Part shown: piece by piece, positions 26,560-38,226 of the stretch
Numbering within the stretch: position 1 is the first letter of the stretch
Layout: each line of letters starts with the position of its first letter
Position numbers and translations under genes: made by a program
Notes under the pieces: model-generated
What the model was told of the DNA's origin: nothing
Seen by the model: the letters and a program-made list of their open reading frames with translations, nothing else
Databases searched by the model: none
NCBI RefSeq assembly: GCF_030684315.1
Contig: NC_081355.1
Span: 99,682,472-99,746,471, forward strand
Source: Stegostoma tigrinum
Taxonomy: Eukaryota
Direction of reading: 5' to 3'
DNA: 64,000 nucleotides

Positions 26560-27570
26560 TTTGATCCACTCTTCTCTCATTCAAACTCAATGTGAAATTC
26601 AATCATGTTATGATCACTGCTAAATTCAGACATCTTTACTTGAAGGTTATTATTAACCCTAGCTAATTACACATTACCAGGTCAAAACTAACCTGCTATC
26701 TGATTGGTATGCTGCAGAAATGCAATGAAAAACTGCCCCAAAACACAATAAACCCATCTTTTATGCATCCTTTGCCATTTTGATTTGTTCAATTCATATT
26801 CAGGTTAAAATCACCCATAATTATCACCATATCTTTATTACAAGACTCATTATCTTTTCCTATATATACGCCGTTCAGGCCCTATGAACTAATCCAACAA
26901 GTGGCATTTACAATTTCTTAACTCTACCCAAACTGATTTTGCAATATAATCTTTAAAACAAAGATAATCTCTCTCCAATATTATTAATGTCATTCTTAAT
27001 TAACAGAGCTACCCTTCCACCACTTCCTATCTTTAGACTTTATCTGCTCATACATTCTTAAGTTTGTCACTTCCTGCCATGCTCCAATTACAATTTCCCT
27101 TGTTGTTACTCTGTTGTCTTGTCTTCCCTCTTTCTATTGCATCCTCTTCCTGCACTTGATCCACTGCTGCCACCATTTATTTCGAAGTCCTCCCTACCCC
27201 CAGTTATACAACCCACCAAGATAATTATCACAGCATAGTTCAGGTGAATACGATCCCAATGGTCTCACTTTCCCCAGTATCCCCAGATTCCACATGAATA
27301 AAAACCAGTTTATCCTACAATCATCTATGGGTCACACATTTATCTCTCCAGTCTTACTTACTCAATGTTAATGCCTTAGTGGCTTAGGTTACAATTATTG
27401 AAAGAAATTTTACAAGAAAAATAAAGGAAGACTTATGGCATCAAAATTTCACAGTGTTAATCCAGAGATTATTACCTTCGTAGTTCTGCTTTCTAATTCA
27501 GCACCTAACTGCTAATTGTCTGCCTTGGAACTTTTTCTCTAGTCGTATTTCTGTTTTTGGTCCCTACATT
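26560..27570 (-). mobile_element. Old CR1 5' part (ORF1 end and endonuclease)
   Basis: Reverse complement of tcaaactcaatgtgaaattcaatcatgttatgatcact gives SDHNMIEFHIEFE; aaaatcacccataattat gives IIMGDF. Confidence 0.75.
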
Positions 27571-30500
27571 CAGCACTGGCTCACCCACCTATTTCTCTTA
27601 CTCTTCTACAAAGGCCATAAAGATGCTCTAGGATTTTGCATTGCAGCAACAAAAGCATGGACAACACATTGAACATATTGATGTTATGCTGGAGAGCATC
27701 AAACTTATCCAGAAACTGTATGCTAAGAGAAGAAAATTATGGAATTTTTCTGCAGCTATCATCTGACATTTTTCAATGCAACACTTCAAATGGTTACATG
27801 GGCAGGCCATAGCAAGGTGTGAACAAACATTTCTGTGCGTGAATGGGGTCCCTCAGTTATCGCTGTGCTTTCCTTCATGCAAATTTGATGCAACTATCAG
27901 GGATTTGACTGTACTTTCAACACTGATATTTTGCACTTATTTTCAACGTTTGTCATCCAGTCCTGCACATCATCATTGTACAGACTGCCACCTTTGGTTC
28001 ATCAACTTGAACTTGATCTATCACGTGTTTTTTTAGCCTGGGAACTGGGTAGGTGACAGCTCTGATTATGCACAGCTTTAAAATATTCTTCAGGTATTTG
28101 GGGATTAATACTCACTGATCAGCACTAGCTAATTGCAGACGTTTGTATTACGTTCAGAATGTCGCGCTTTGATCAACCCTGTTAACTAAAGATGATATTT
28201 TGTAGAAAAGGATATGATTTCAAGGTCGTACAATGTTTTAAAGCACTTAAACTTAGCTGAGAACTACATGGTTGACTTCCTCTTTTGCTTTGTGCTTCAT
28301 GAAAATCAACTGTTCCATATTTGATTTGCTATTTCTTATTGTATTTAAATAGTTAGAAACCAAAGACACAAAGCAACAGAATGAGAAATGGCTTATTGGT
28401 GCATAAAAGCTATTTCTTCTATAGATAATGTTAAAACGTTAAGCAGGGCTTGGGTTAGACAATATTTGGAGAGTAAGGCTGGAACAGTATCTTTTGACTT
28501 ATAGTTCTCCTTGGGATAAATGATCCTTGTGTTTGATTGGCATTCCTGGTAACAGTCTCATATCGACTGGAACCTTTTAGTAAATGATCAATAATCAGAC
28601 CCAGATCTTTTCTTGTTACCACTGACTGCAGGAGACCATGCCATTTTATTCATATAATTGTTAACTCTTCTCATGGGCATTATTTTCCATTTATGTGCAG
28701 TTCCATTGTAAGATCCATTATTAGCTTGCTCAATGGTCCAGATATTTGTAATTACTGTTTATCTCTTTTATAGTTGCCATCAAGTTATAGTTTGTATTGA
28801 GAGCAAACAGTTTCCCATAAGAAATTCTCCCCACCAAGTTATTTATGAATGTTGGGAACAAAAAGGAGATTTAGTAAGAAAAGGAATAGAAAAGGCAGCA
28901 TCTTGGCAATTCTACCATCATCACTTGCTTCCTATTGTAAAGAAGATTTTTGTTACTGCTTGCAAATTTGCCAAGAATTGCTTGATCTTCAAAAATTCCA
29001 TTAAAATGGTCATTCCAGATGACATAATTCCTTCACTATATCATTCTATGGAAACCATACTTGATCCAGACTCTCCTTCCAATTGCAGGTATTATTGTGA
29101 AATGCAAATATTAAACACACACACACACACACACAATTTTTATTACTTTTAGGCTGAGTTTCCTATACAGGTGACGCAAAAAGCAGAAAGCAAACTGATG
29201 TCATTTTCAGGCAATGGGAAACAGCTACATGTCCAAAGATGACACTGCAGCATGTAAAGTGAAGTCTCTTGCATGACAGAAGGAAATTAGTTTGTTTCAT
29301 TTTCTCTTAACAGATGTCTCCACAACACCCTCACTTCACACCTACCCAACCCTGTGGCCTGCCTATCTTCCCCAGTACAAAAAGGTGGCTGTCTCCCAGT
29401 GCAGGCCTTCCCACACTGCCCAGTGGTACAGAAACCTACCTCACTTCACTCCATCCAGCAACTCTGTGCAGGCCTCTCCTCCAACTGCAGGCTTTATTTC
29501 CTGCTGTTCCAAGTGCAGGCAGGCTCTGCACACTCAAATCCTGGCCTTTGTCCCTCCCCATAAAGCACCCAAACTCTGCCTCAGCTCCTGTGGTCTGTTT
29601 TATCATGGTCAGGTGGTGTCACTGGCCATGTCTGTAAACACAATGTCCACATTGCATTATAAATAATCTCTCCTTTATCATGCATTGCTTGTTGTATAAA
29701 GAAAGTAAGTGATACTATAAGTAAGTATGAAATAGGCTGCCATTTAGGATGGTGGTTAATCTGATGTCAGCACTTTCCCATTGGATGGGTTAGATTGAAA
29801 TAGCACTTATTATCACTCAATTGTCATTTGGAAAATTGCTGCAGTGCAGTCAGAGCTAGTTCAGTCCCTCAGTTGGCCTAATACTCATTGACTGACAAAC
29901 TGCCTAATTAACAATATATAAAGCACATGTACATCATTCAGAATCAAAGAGCTGTAGACAGCTATATCTTTCATAAATACACCATCTTAAAAACAGTTCA
30001 TAAGTTGAGAATTGTCAATGGTCTAAAATATATGCCTATTTTTATGATCCAATTGTTGTACTCTGCCATTCCTCGAGTCATACCAAGTGTTGAGAGTGTT
30101 TTGTTTGAAAGTGCACACAGCTCCCCAACTTACCTGACCTTCAGACACAAGTTGAGGAAAAACCATGGACCAGGTTTCTGTACCAATGAAGAATTTTTGT
30201 TTGTTACAAGTAATTAGAATGCAGCTACAGGTAAATAGATACATACCACCGGCATATAACAATACTGGCTACTGGCTGAAACTCTAATCCCCTTAATAAC
30301 ACACACACACACAAAGTAAAAAACAAAAATAGATTATGGATGGAGGCAGAAGAATTAGAAAGTCAGTTCAGTGGTCTTTTCCTCCTGGTTCCTATGTTGA
30401 GATGATCCTTCCTTGGCACAGCTTATAATATCTGCTGTAAGAAAAGTAACTTGGCTTTCTTCAAGGTTAAAATGGGTTTCAAATTCAGGGAAGAGGTAGC

Positions 30501-31529
30501 CTCTGGGCTGGGAGAAAATATGCTCTCACTTTCTATCTACCTCCGTCACTTGTTTCTAGCTCCAAGCAATTCAACCACCTGAGTACCAATCACATAGGTG
30601 CTGGCAAGCAAAGGTCTCTTGAATTGGTAACTGTAATTGTCACTTATCTCCAGGCCAATCAACATCTTGCTACCAGCAAAAGCTGCATTAGTGCATCCTC
30701 TCGGCTCTCAATAGACTGCGATCTAAACTTCAATTACTGTATTTTGAAACAATTCATTAAAATGCCTGCTATAGGTATCGGGTCACTTGCTTTCAAACTG
30801 CAGCCAAGCTATCAAAAACTAATTTTAAAACAGTATTCTTTTTTCTCAGTCCGTGTCCACAGCTTTTAAAAACACAAAACTAAAAATACCTAGCTTTCAC
30901 ACAATCTGCACTGAATAATCTGGTATTGCCACAACATAATACATTATGACCAAACAACTTCAATACTTCTGTATCCCGTACATATTAGCATTTTAAATTT
31001 TCTTTTGATCTGAACCATTCTCATGTATTCCAATACGTTTTACCCATGAAACTGTTGTGAATTTTCCTGTTGCTTGCAGAAACCAGTGTAATTTGGTAAA
31101 TAATCCAAAGTCAAAAACGCTTTGCACATCACCATAATTGACAAAAGTCCCATCCATCCATAAAACAAATATAATTTTGAATACATTTTTGAAGAATTGT
31201 GGAATTTACTTTATCACATTCTAATATGCCAGTTGACAGATCCGACAATATGGCATACATGGTGAGCAAATGTTTAGAATTAAAATGCTGAGTGCATAAT
31301 GCACCAGGTCACAACCCTACCCTTTCACACCAGGTTGGAATCTACTCAAGATTTATGCAATTAGCATCTTAAATGTTGTAACTGCAAAGTGAGATGACAT
31401 TCAGCATTCCAAAATCTCATGGGGCATATCTCAAGATAAACATGCTTTAATTTAGAAGTAAATACAGTGACCCTGAGCTTCCAGTCATATGCCTATTCTC
31501 ACCTCAACCTCAGCTTCCTCCACTGTTTC

Positions 31530-31865
31530 CAAAAAGCTGAATGTAATCTCCATGAACACCACTTTCAGTTAGGCACCCTACTGCCTTCTGGACCCAACAT
31601 GGAGTTTGTCAAACCAAGATCCTAGCCTTTATTTCAATTTTGTAAACTGCAGATGTTTGTCACGATTCTTTACTTGTTTCATTAGCATCTTGTTTTATCT
31701 TACAGCATCATCAATTTTGTCACTTAATCTCCATTGCCTTCCACTGTATCACAGACGTTCCTTCTGTTCTTACTTCCCATGCTACCCATCCATTCCTATT
31801 TCATACCTATTACATTGCTAAAATTTCTCAGTTCTGAAGAAAGGCATTTTAACCTAAAATGTTGT
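31530..31865 (+). mobile_element. Old PLE 3' end/pLTR remnant
   Basis: ttcagttaggcaccctactgccttctggacccaacatggagtt (RLGTLxPxGxN-like), ending ttctcagttCTGAAGAaaggcattttaacctaaaatgtt. Confidence 0.6.
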
Positions 31866-33384
31866 GCTGGATTATTCATCCAGAGTGGGATCCCCACATC
31901 CTCACTTACATTTTGTGGGTGACTCTGCTTTCATTTGGCTAGCTCTCCTAATTTTAACTTTTCATGCAATGTCCTTTTAATTCACAAAAGAGGGGAAAGA
32001 CCAGTAAATTGGTGACAGAGACAATCTCATCCACATAGTCTTGCGGTTATTTTCTTCAACCAATTTGGATATGCAGTGACATGTGGGGCTTGAACCTAGA
32101 TCTTTTAGATCAGGTCTCTCAGTTGCACCTAAATATTAATGCTTACAAGCTTCCTCTAAACATTTTGCACAAATTCAACACCTTAACTTCTAAAACATAA
32201 TGCAAAATGTTTTAGCTATAGTTTATTTAAGTTTTTTTGTTTCTTTTAATCATTTCAAAGGCGCTTTGAGGACTGGAAAATATAATGAAGAGGTTTTCAG
32301 TTACAATTATAGTGCTTCTAAGCTTACAATTTTACAAGGGGCCTCAGGGTCCTCTGATCACCATTCGTGCTACTGTGAAGAGACAAAGGTAGTGGAATTG
32401 GGGAACTGCTACAGTATTGATGGATGGCAGACTGCAGATCTAGATCAAGAAAGTTGTAAGATTTAAGATCTGGAGGCCAGTGTAACATAATATAGGCAAT
32501 TAATTTCAAAATAATTTATTGAGGAGCAGCAGTTTAGATATACACTAACTAAGTGGACAGGAAAGCTATACAGCCTGTCACAGTTAACAGTACTGAAGAA
32601 AAGTGATATTGTGGGACTGAACCCAGATCTTTTGCAAGAGCTGCACTGAAGTTTTAATGCTTGCAGACTTTTTCTAAGCCCTACACATGATTGCAACACT
32701 TAGATTCTTTCACATTCAAAATGTTAGTTTTGTTACTCATTGTCTGTAGATACTGCCAGACCTGCTGATTTTCTTTAGCTTTTTCTGTTTTTATTTCAGA
32801 ATGAAATAGACTGGGGTCCATGGCCCATAATTGCTGAAATATATGTCCGGGACACAATCACCTAGAAGGAGGCCTGATAAGGCCCTGCCTTTGTGTTCAT
32901 TATTGTGTGAAGAGTGGCAAGTGGATTCACAATGCTGCTGGTCCAGTGGGAAAAGGTTGGAATGTCAGAGAAATTCAGCTCTGGGAATCTATTATAGCAC
33001 AGTTGATCCTATGTCATCTTTCACGGCCCTGCCACCCTGATTCAGCAGAATGGGATTGTACTAGCCTGATCCCATTGTTATATTCCAGCTGGTATTAATG
33101 CTGAACAAGTCAGATCCCAGTCTGAAATCTGATTTGATGGGTCAAATTTTATCTTTTTTCAAATAAGATTGTCTTTCATTGAACTAGAAACATACAATGT
33201 TGTAGATTTAGTTTTAACAAACAGAAGTTTGTTATACAATAGAAATGAAGAGAAAATTGAATAAAGCAAATGAGCTTCATATATATTTGAAGATTTTAAA
33301 ATGTCCACTGAATATATAATTCCATTTTTACTCTATTCAAACTAGAGAGAATGCTCCTCTCTATCCTACTTAGGGTTTGACTTG

Positions 33385-33525
33385 TGATCAGAGATAATGG
33401 GAACTGCCGATGCTGGAGAATCTGAGATAACAAAGTGTGGAGCTCGATGCATACAGCAGGCCAAGCAGCATCTTCTAAGATTCTGCTTGGCCTGCTATGT
33501 TCATCCAGCTCCACACATTGTTATC
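33385..33525. mobile_element. Miniature palindromic PLE-terminus insertion with 14-bp TSD
   Basis: Inverted arms about 33425-33472 and 33476-33526; unpaired tail 33391-33424; direct repeat tagggtttgacttg at 33371-33384 and 33526-33539. Confidence 0.9.
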
Positions 33526-34289
33526 TAGGGTTTGACTTGGTTGTGGTTCCAGTTCCTGGTCATAAAAACTTGGTCGCCTCTTCTGTGGTTTGTTACAGAG
33601 ATAAGCTTTGACTTTCTCCACCTGACACAATACATTAATGGTTTTAACAAGATACTTCTGGTCTGGAACTACTACTAAACACCTCACACTGAGTGAAACT
33701 TTCTCATCATTTCAAATTATCTTCTTTCCCCATAAGCAACAGCAATAAACATCCAGCTTCAGCTAAGCATGATGTAGAACTATGTAAACTGAAGCTAAAT
33801 AAACTTTCTTTTTTTTGGTCACTGGTCTATGGTATTTGCTCTAAACGCTAAAAACAACTCTAGAACCTTCTATTTGAAAACTTAACGCAGGAAGCTTTTT
33901 TTTTGTAACTTGCGAAGTCTCCTAAAGTAATTACATTTCCATTAGCCTCTGAAATTACCTCTTTTAGGCTCTAGTTTTTCAAAGAAATCCCCATGGTTAC
34001 AGGATTATGATTAAGTCAACCACTAAAAACCTCTAAACACACAAAAAATCTATGTCACCATTTCAAAGTCAAAAGGACAAATAAAAAATGCTACTAAAAT
34101 ATATATAAATTGCACACCTTACATTACATTAATTTTAGCTGTCTATTAGTAGCCATAGAATAACCTGTCACGATTTTTGTTTTGCTTTACATAGTTGACT
34201 TTGTGGTTGACATTCAATCCACCATTGGCCACTGTTTTCTCATCTACACTTAAGATCTAAAATTCTATTGCATGTGTACTGACTTAAAG

Positions 34290-34720
34290 AAATTCTGTTT
34301 ATCCATCACTCCTCTACTTGCTGATGAACACTGTCTCTTACTTAAACAATGGTTGATTTTAAAAATTCTTACTCTTGTTTACAAATTCATCTGAGATCTG
34401 TCCCCTTTCTATATCTGTAATGTCCTAAGCCACCTAACCTTTTCAGATGTCTGCATTTATCCGGCCACTTGAATAACACAATTATAATTGTTCCTCCAGT
34501 GCTGGCTGCATCTTCAGCTGCCTATAAGCTCTAAATCTTTCCTTTCCAAAGCTGCTCTGTCACTTTACCCTATTTGTTTTTTTAAGACATTCATAGAAAC
34601 CTATTTCATGAACCAAACTTTTGTAATCTGCCTTCATATCAGTGCCAAAATACCAAATGCTCGAGAGAACTGCCTTGAGATTCTGTTTTAAGTTAAAGGT
34701 ACAATATAAATACAAATTGA
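34290..34720 (+). mobile_element. Old L2-like LINE 3' end
   Basis: ccatcactcctctacttgctga…gattttaaaaattcttactcttgttt (FKILxL)…ttcagctgccta…gttaaaggtacaatataaatacaaattg. Confidence 0.6.
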
Positions 34721-35337
34721 TGTTGGTGAGTGTGCAATGTTTATGCATTGCAAGAAAAGGTGGGGTTGGTTACTAACAGTTTTACAATGAAAGGCAGAAT
34801 TGAAATATCAGTGAGATTCTTATACTGAATCTACAACTGAGAATAATTCATCTCAGCTACAATTATAACATACTTACATCTTTCTGAAGTAACTTTAAGT
34901 ACTCCGCATAAAATTAGTCACATTGACTTTATGTTCCTGAATAATTCAAAGTTTTCCCTCTTCTATTACTCAAACTGCTATTTAAAAACATATAGTAAAT
35001 AAAAATTTTGAATGAGTGCTTTGCAGCATACAATCAGGTACATCAAGCACCATCAAGTGTGGTTTAAGACTGCCTTAATTGTTTCAAAGTGAGAAAACCA
35101 AGGCTTGTTTTACAATTCTGAGATCCTGATGATGAAAGGGATAAATAGGGCATACCTTTTCTTTACAATGTATAAAGCAATAATGGTTTTTAAAAGCATG
35201 TACAAAGGATCAAAACTTAAACATGGCTCTGCTATTTGGAGTGAAATAAAAAAAATGGGGTGTGTAGATAAATAAATGCTAACTTTTATAAAATTTTGAG
35301 GTTGGTGACTTGCTCACTGAGCTGAGTTGGTTTTGTT

Positions 35338-35376
35338 CAGACGTCTCGTCACCATGCTAGGTGACATCATCAGTGG
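35338..35376 (-). ncRNA. Minimal type-I hammerhead ribozyme motif (PLE-associated), one core mutation
   Basis: Minus strand: cca CTGATGA t GTCACC tagcat GGTGAC GAGA C GTC tg; perfect 6-bp stem II; GAAA replaced by GAGA. Confidence 0.8.
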
Positions 35377-37493
35377 AGCCTCCAATGAAGCAATGTTATT
35401 CTACTCTGCTTGGAATTTATACTGTCCGGTCTGTTATGATGAGTAGCGTCATTTCCGTTTTTGATCCGTATGGGTTTGTATATGGGGTCCAATTCTATAT
35501 GTCTGTTGATTGAAGTATGGGTGGAGAATCAGGCCTCTAGGAATTCGTGTGTGTCTATGTTTGGCTTGGGCTACTATGGTTACTTTGTCCCAGTGAAACT
35601 GATGGTCCTCATTGTCTGAATGTACAGATGTTAAGGAGAGTTCATTGTGCTGTTGTGCTGCCAGCTGATGTTCATGTATTCTGATGGATAGTTTCCTTCC
35701 TTCCTGTCTGTCCAATGTAACGTTTGTGGCAGTCGTTGCATGGTATTTTGTAAACCACGTTCGCTCTGCATGTTGTGGGAAGGGGGTCTTTAATCCTTGT
35801 CAGTGTTTGCTGTAGAGTGGCTATGAGCTTGTGGGCCACCATGATTCCTAGTAGTCTTATGAGTCTTGTTCTCAGTTCTGATATGCTCTTGATGTGGAAC
35901 AGTGTGGCCAGTGTGTTAGGCCATACTGTGTCCTCCTGTTGTTGACAATTGTGGACGAACTTGTGGGGATATTCGTTTAAAGCAAGAATCTTGTAGAAGT
36001 GTTCTTCCTCTTTCCTGCGTAGTTCTGGAGTGTTCTGAGTGTTGCGGTATGTCCTGGCCCTTTAAAATAGTGTCTTAATGCAGTTTAGTTTGTGGACATT
36101 GGGGCGGTTGCTATGGAAGTTGAGGATTTGATCAGTGTGGGTTGCTTTTCTCTGTACTGAGGTTTGGAACTCCCTGCTTGTCAATCATTCTACCTTAATG
36201 TCCAGAAACAGAAGTGGATTGTTGTTTTCTTTTTCCCTTGTGAATTTAATCGCTGTAAACAAGCTGTTGATAAGGTCATGAGTCTCTTCTAATTTGTTGT
36301 GTTTAATAATGGCAAGTGTGTCATCTCCGTACCCGATCCATGGTTTAGATTGAATGTGGGGGAGGGTGATGTGTTCCAGTCATTGCTTCTGCAATGAGTC
36401 CTGAGATGGGTAACCCCATTGGTGTACCGTTAATCTGTTTGTGTATCTGACCATTTTAGACAAAGTGTGTGGTGAGGCAGAGGTTGAGTAATTTAAGTAT
36501 GTTGTCCTTGTTGATGAAGCTGCTGGTCTGCGTTGCTGTTTCCTCTAGGAGTGTAATCACTGTTTCCTTGGCTTGTGGGATGTTAATTGATGTGAATAAA
36601 GCTGTGATGTCAAAGGATACCATAATCTCGTTGTCACTGATTTTCATGTTCTTGAAGGTATCGAGAAAATCTTGGATTAAGTGGATACAAAGATTCATTG
36701 GCTAGGTGTATCAATCTCTGTTGTAGGTCTTTGGCCAGTTTGTATGATGGTGTGCCCGATAGGGAAACAATGGGTCTGGGAGGGATGTCTCGTTTATGTA
36801 CTTCAGGCAGTCCATAGAAGAACGGGCTCCCCAGAGGAGCTCGTACAGTTCATCCACTTCACCAACACCTTCCACACCAACCTCAAGTTCACCTGGGCCA
36901 TCTCCAGCACATCCCTCACCTTCCTGGACCTCTCAGTCTCCATCTCAGGCAACCAGCTTGTAACTGATGTCCATTTCAAGCCCACCAACTCCCACAGCTA
37001 CCTAGAATACAGCTCCTCCCACCCATCCTCCCAATTCCTCCGCCTCCGCCGCGTCTGCTTCCAAGATGAGGCATTCCACTCCCGCACATCCCAGATGTCC
37101 AAGTTCTTCAAAGACCGCAACTTTCCCCCCACAGTGGTCGAGAACGCCCTTGACCGCGTCTCCCACATTTCCCGCAACACATCCCTCACACCCCGCCCCC
37201 GCCACAACCACCCAAAGACGATCCCCCTCGTTCTCACACACCACACCACCAGCCTCCAGATACAACGCATCATCCTCCGACACTTCTGCCATCTGCAATC
37301 CGACCCCATCACCCTAGACATTTTTCCATCACCACCCTTGTCTGCTTTCAAGAGAGACCACTGTCTCCATGACTCCCTTGTCCGCTCCACACTCCCCTCC
37401 AACCCCACCACACCTGGCACGTTCCCCTGCAACCGCAGGAAGTGCTAGACTTGCCCCCACACCTCCTCCCTCACCCCTATCCCAGGCCCCAAG

Positions 37494-38030
37494 ATGACTT
37501 TCCATATTAAGCAGAGGTTCACCTGCACATCTGCCAATGTGGTATACTGTATCCATTGTACCCGGTGTGGCTTCCTCTACATTGGGGAAACCAAGCGGAG
37601 GCTTGGGGACTGCTTTGCAGAACACCTCCGCTCGGTTTGCAATAAACAACTGCACCTTCCAGTCACGAACCATTTCAACTCCCCCTCCCATTCTTCAGAT
37701 GACATGTCCATCATGGGCCTCCTGCAGTGCCACAATGATGATACCCGAAGGTTGCAGGAACAGCAACTCATATTCCGCTTGGGAACCCTGCAGCCATATG
37801 GTATCAATGTGGACTTCACCAGCTTCAAAATCTCCCCTTCCCCCACCGCGTCCCAAAACCAGCCCAGTTCTTCCCCTCCCCCCACTGCATCACACAACCA
37901 GCCCAGCTCATCCCCTCCCCCCACTGCATCCCAAAGCCAGCCCAGCCTGTCTCTGCCTCCCAAACCTGTTCTTCCTCTCACCCATCCCTTCCTCCCACCC
38001 CAAGCTGCACCTCCATTTCCTACCTACTAA
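37494..38030 (+). pseudogene. PLE GIY-YIG endonuclease domain remnant (in frame with upstream RT part, separated by TAG at 37446-37448)
   Basis: VVYCIHCTRCGFLYIGETKR motif from the ORF track; 5'-truncated, so not an intact gene. Confidence 0.85.
37840..37950 (+). repeat. 39-bp tandem repeat, about 3 copies, within the Neptune PLE
   Basis: ccccactgcatcccaaaaccagcccagctc.. units encoding PPTASQNQPSSSP; mirrored at about 55815-55925. Confidence 0.85.
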
Positions 38031-38190
38031 CCTCATCCCACCTCCTTGGCCTGTCCGTCTTCCCTGGACTGACCTATCCCCTCCCTACCTCCCCACCTAT
38101 ACTCTCCTCTCCACCTATCTTCTTTTCTCTCCATCTTCGGTCCGCCTCCCCCTCTCTCCCTATTTATTCCAGAACCCTCACCCCATCCCC

Positions 38191-38226
38191 CTCTCTGATG
38201 AAGGGTCTAGGCCTGAAACATCAGCT
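38191..38226 (+). ncRNA. Minimal hammerhead ribozyme motif in Neptune pLTR (two CpG-type mutations)
   Basis: ctct CTGATGA a gggt ctag gcct GAAA c atc agc; sister copies give gccc GAAA cgtc. Confidence 0.75.

Noticed and set aside
28733-29152. 139-aa plus ORF
   Set aside because: No recognisable domain and it runs through a (CA)n tract.
36681-37448. 255-aa ORF as an intact gene
   Set aside because: Chimeric: the N-terminus is antisense host PLE sequence and the rest is truncated Neptune RT ending in a premature stop.
37840-37950. Regular short repeats resembling a CRISPR array
   Set aside because: Contiguous tandem units without unique spacers, inside a eukaryotic retroelement, with no cas genes.
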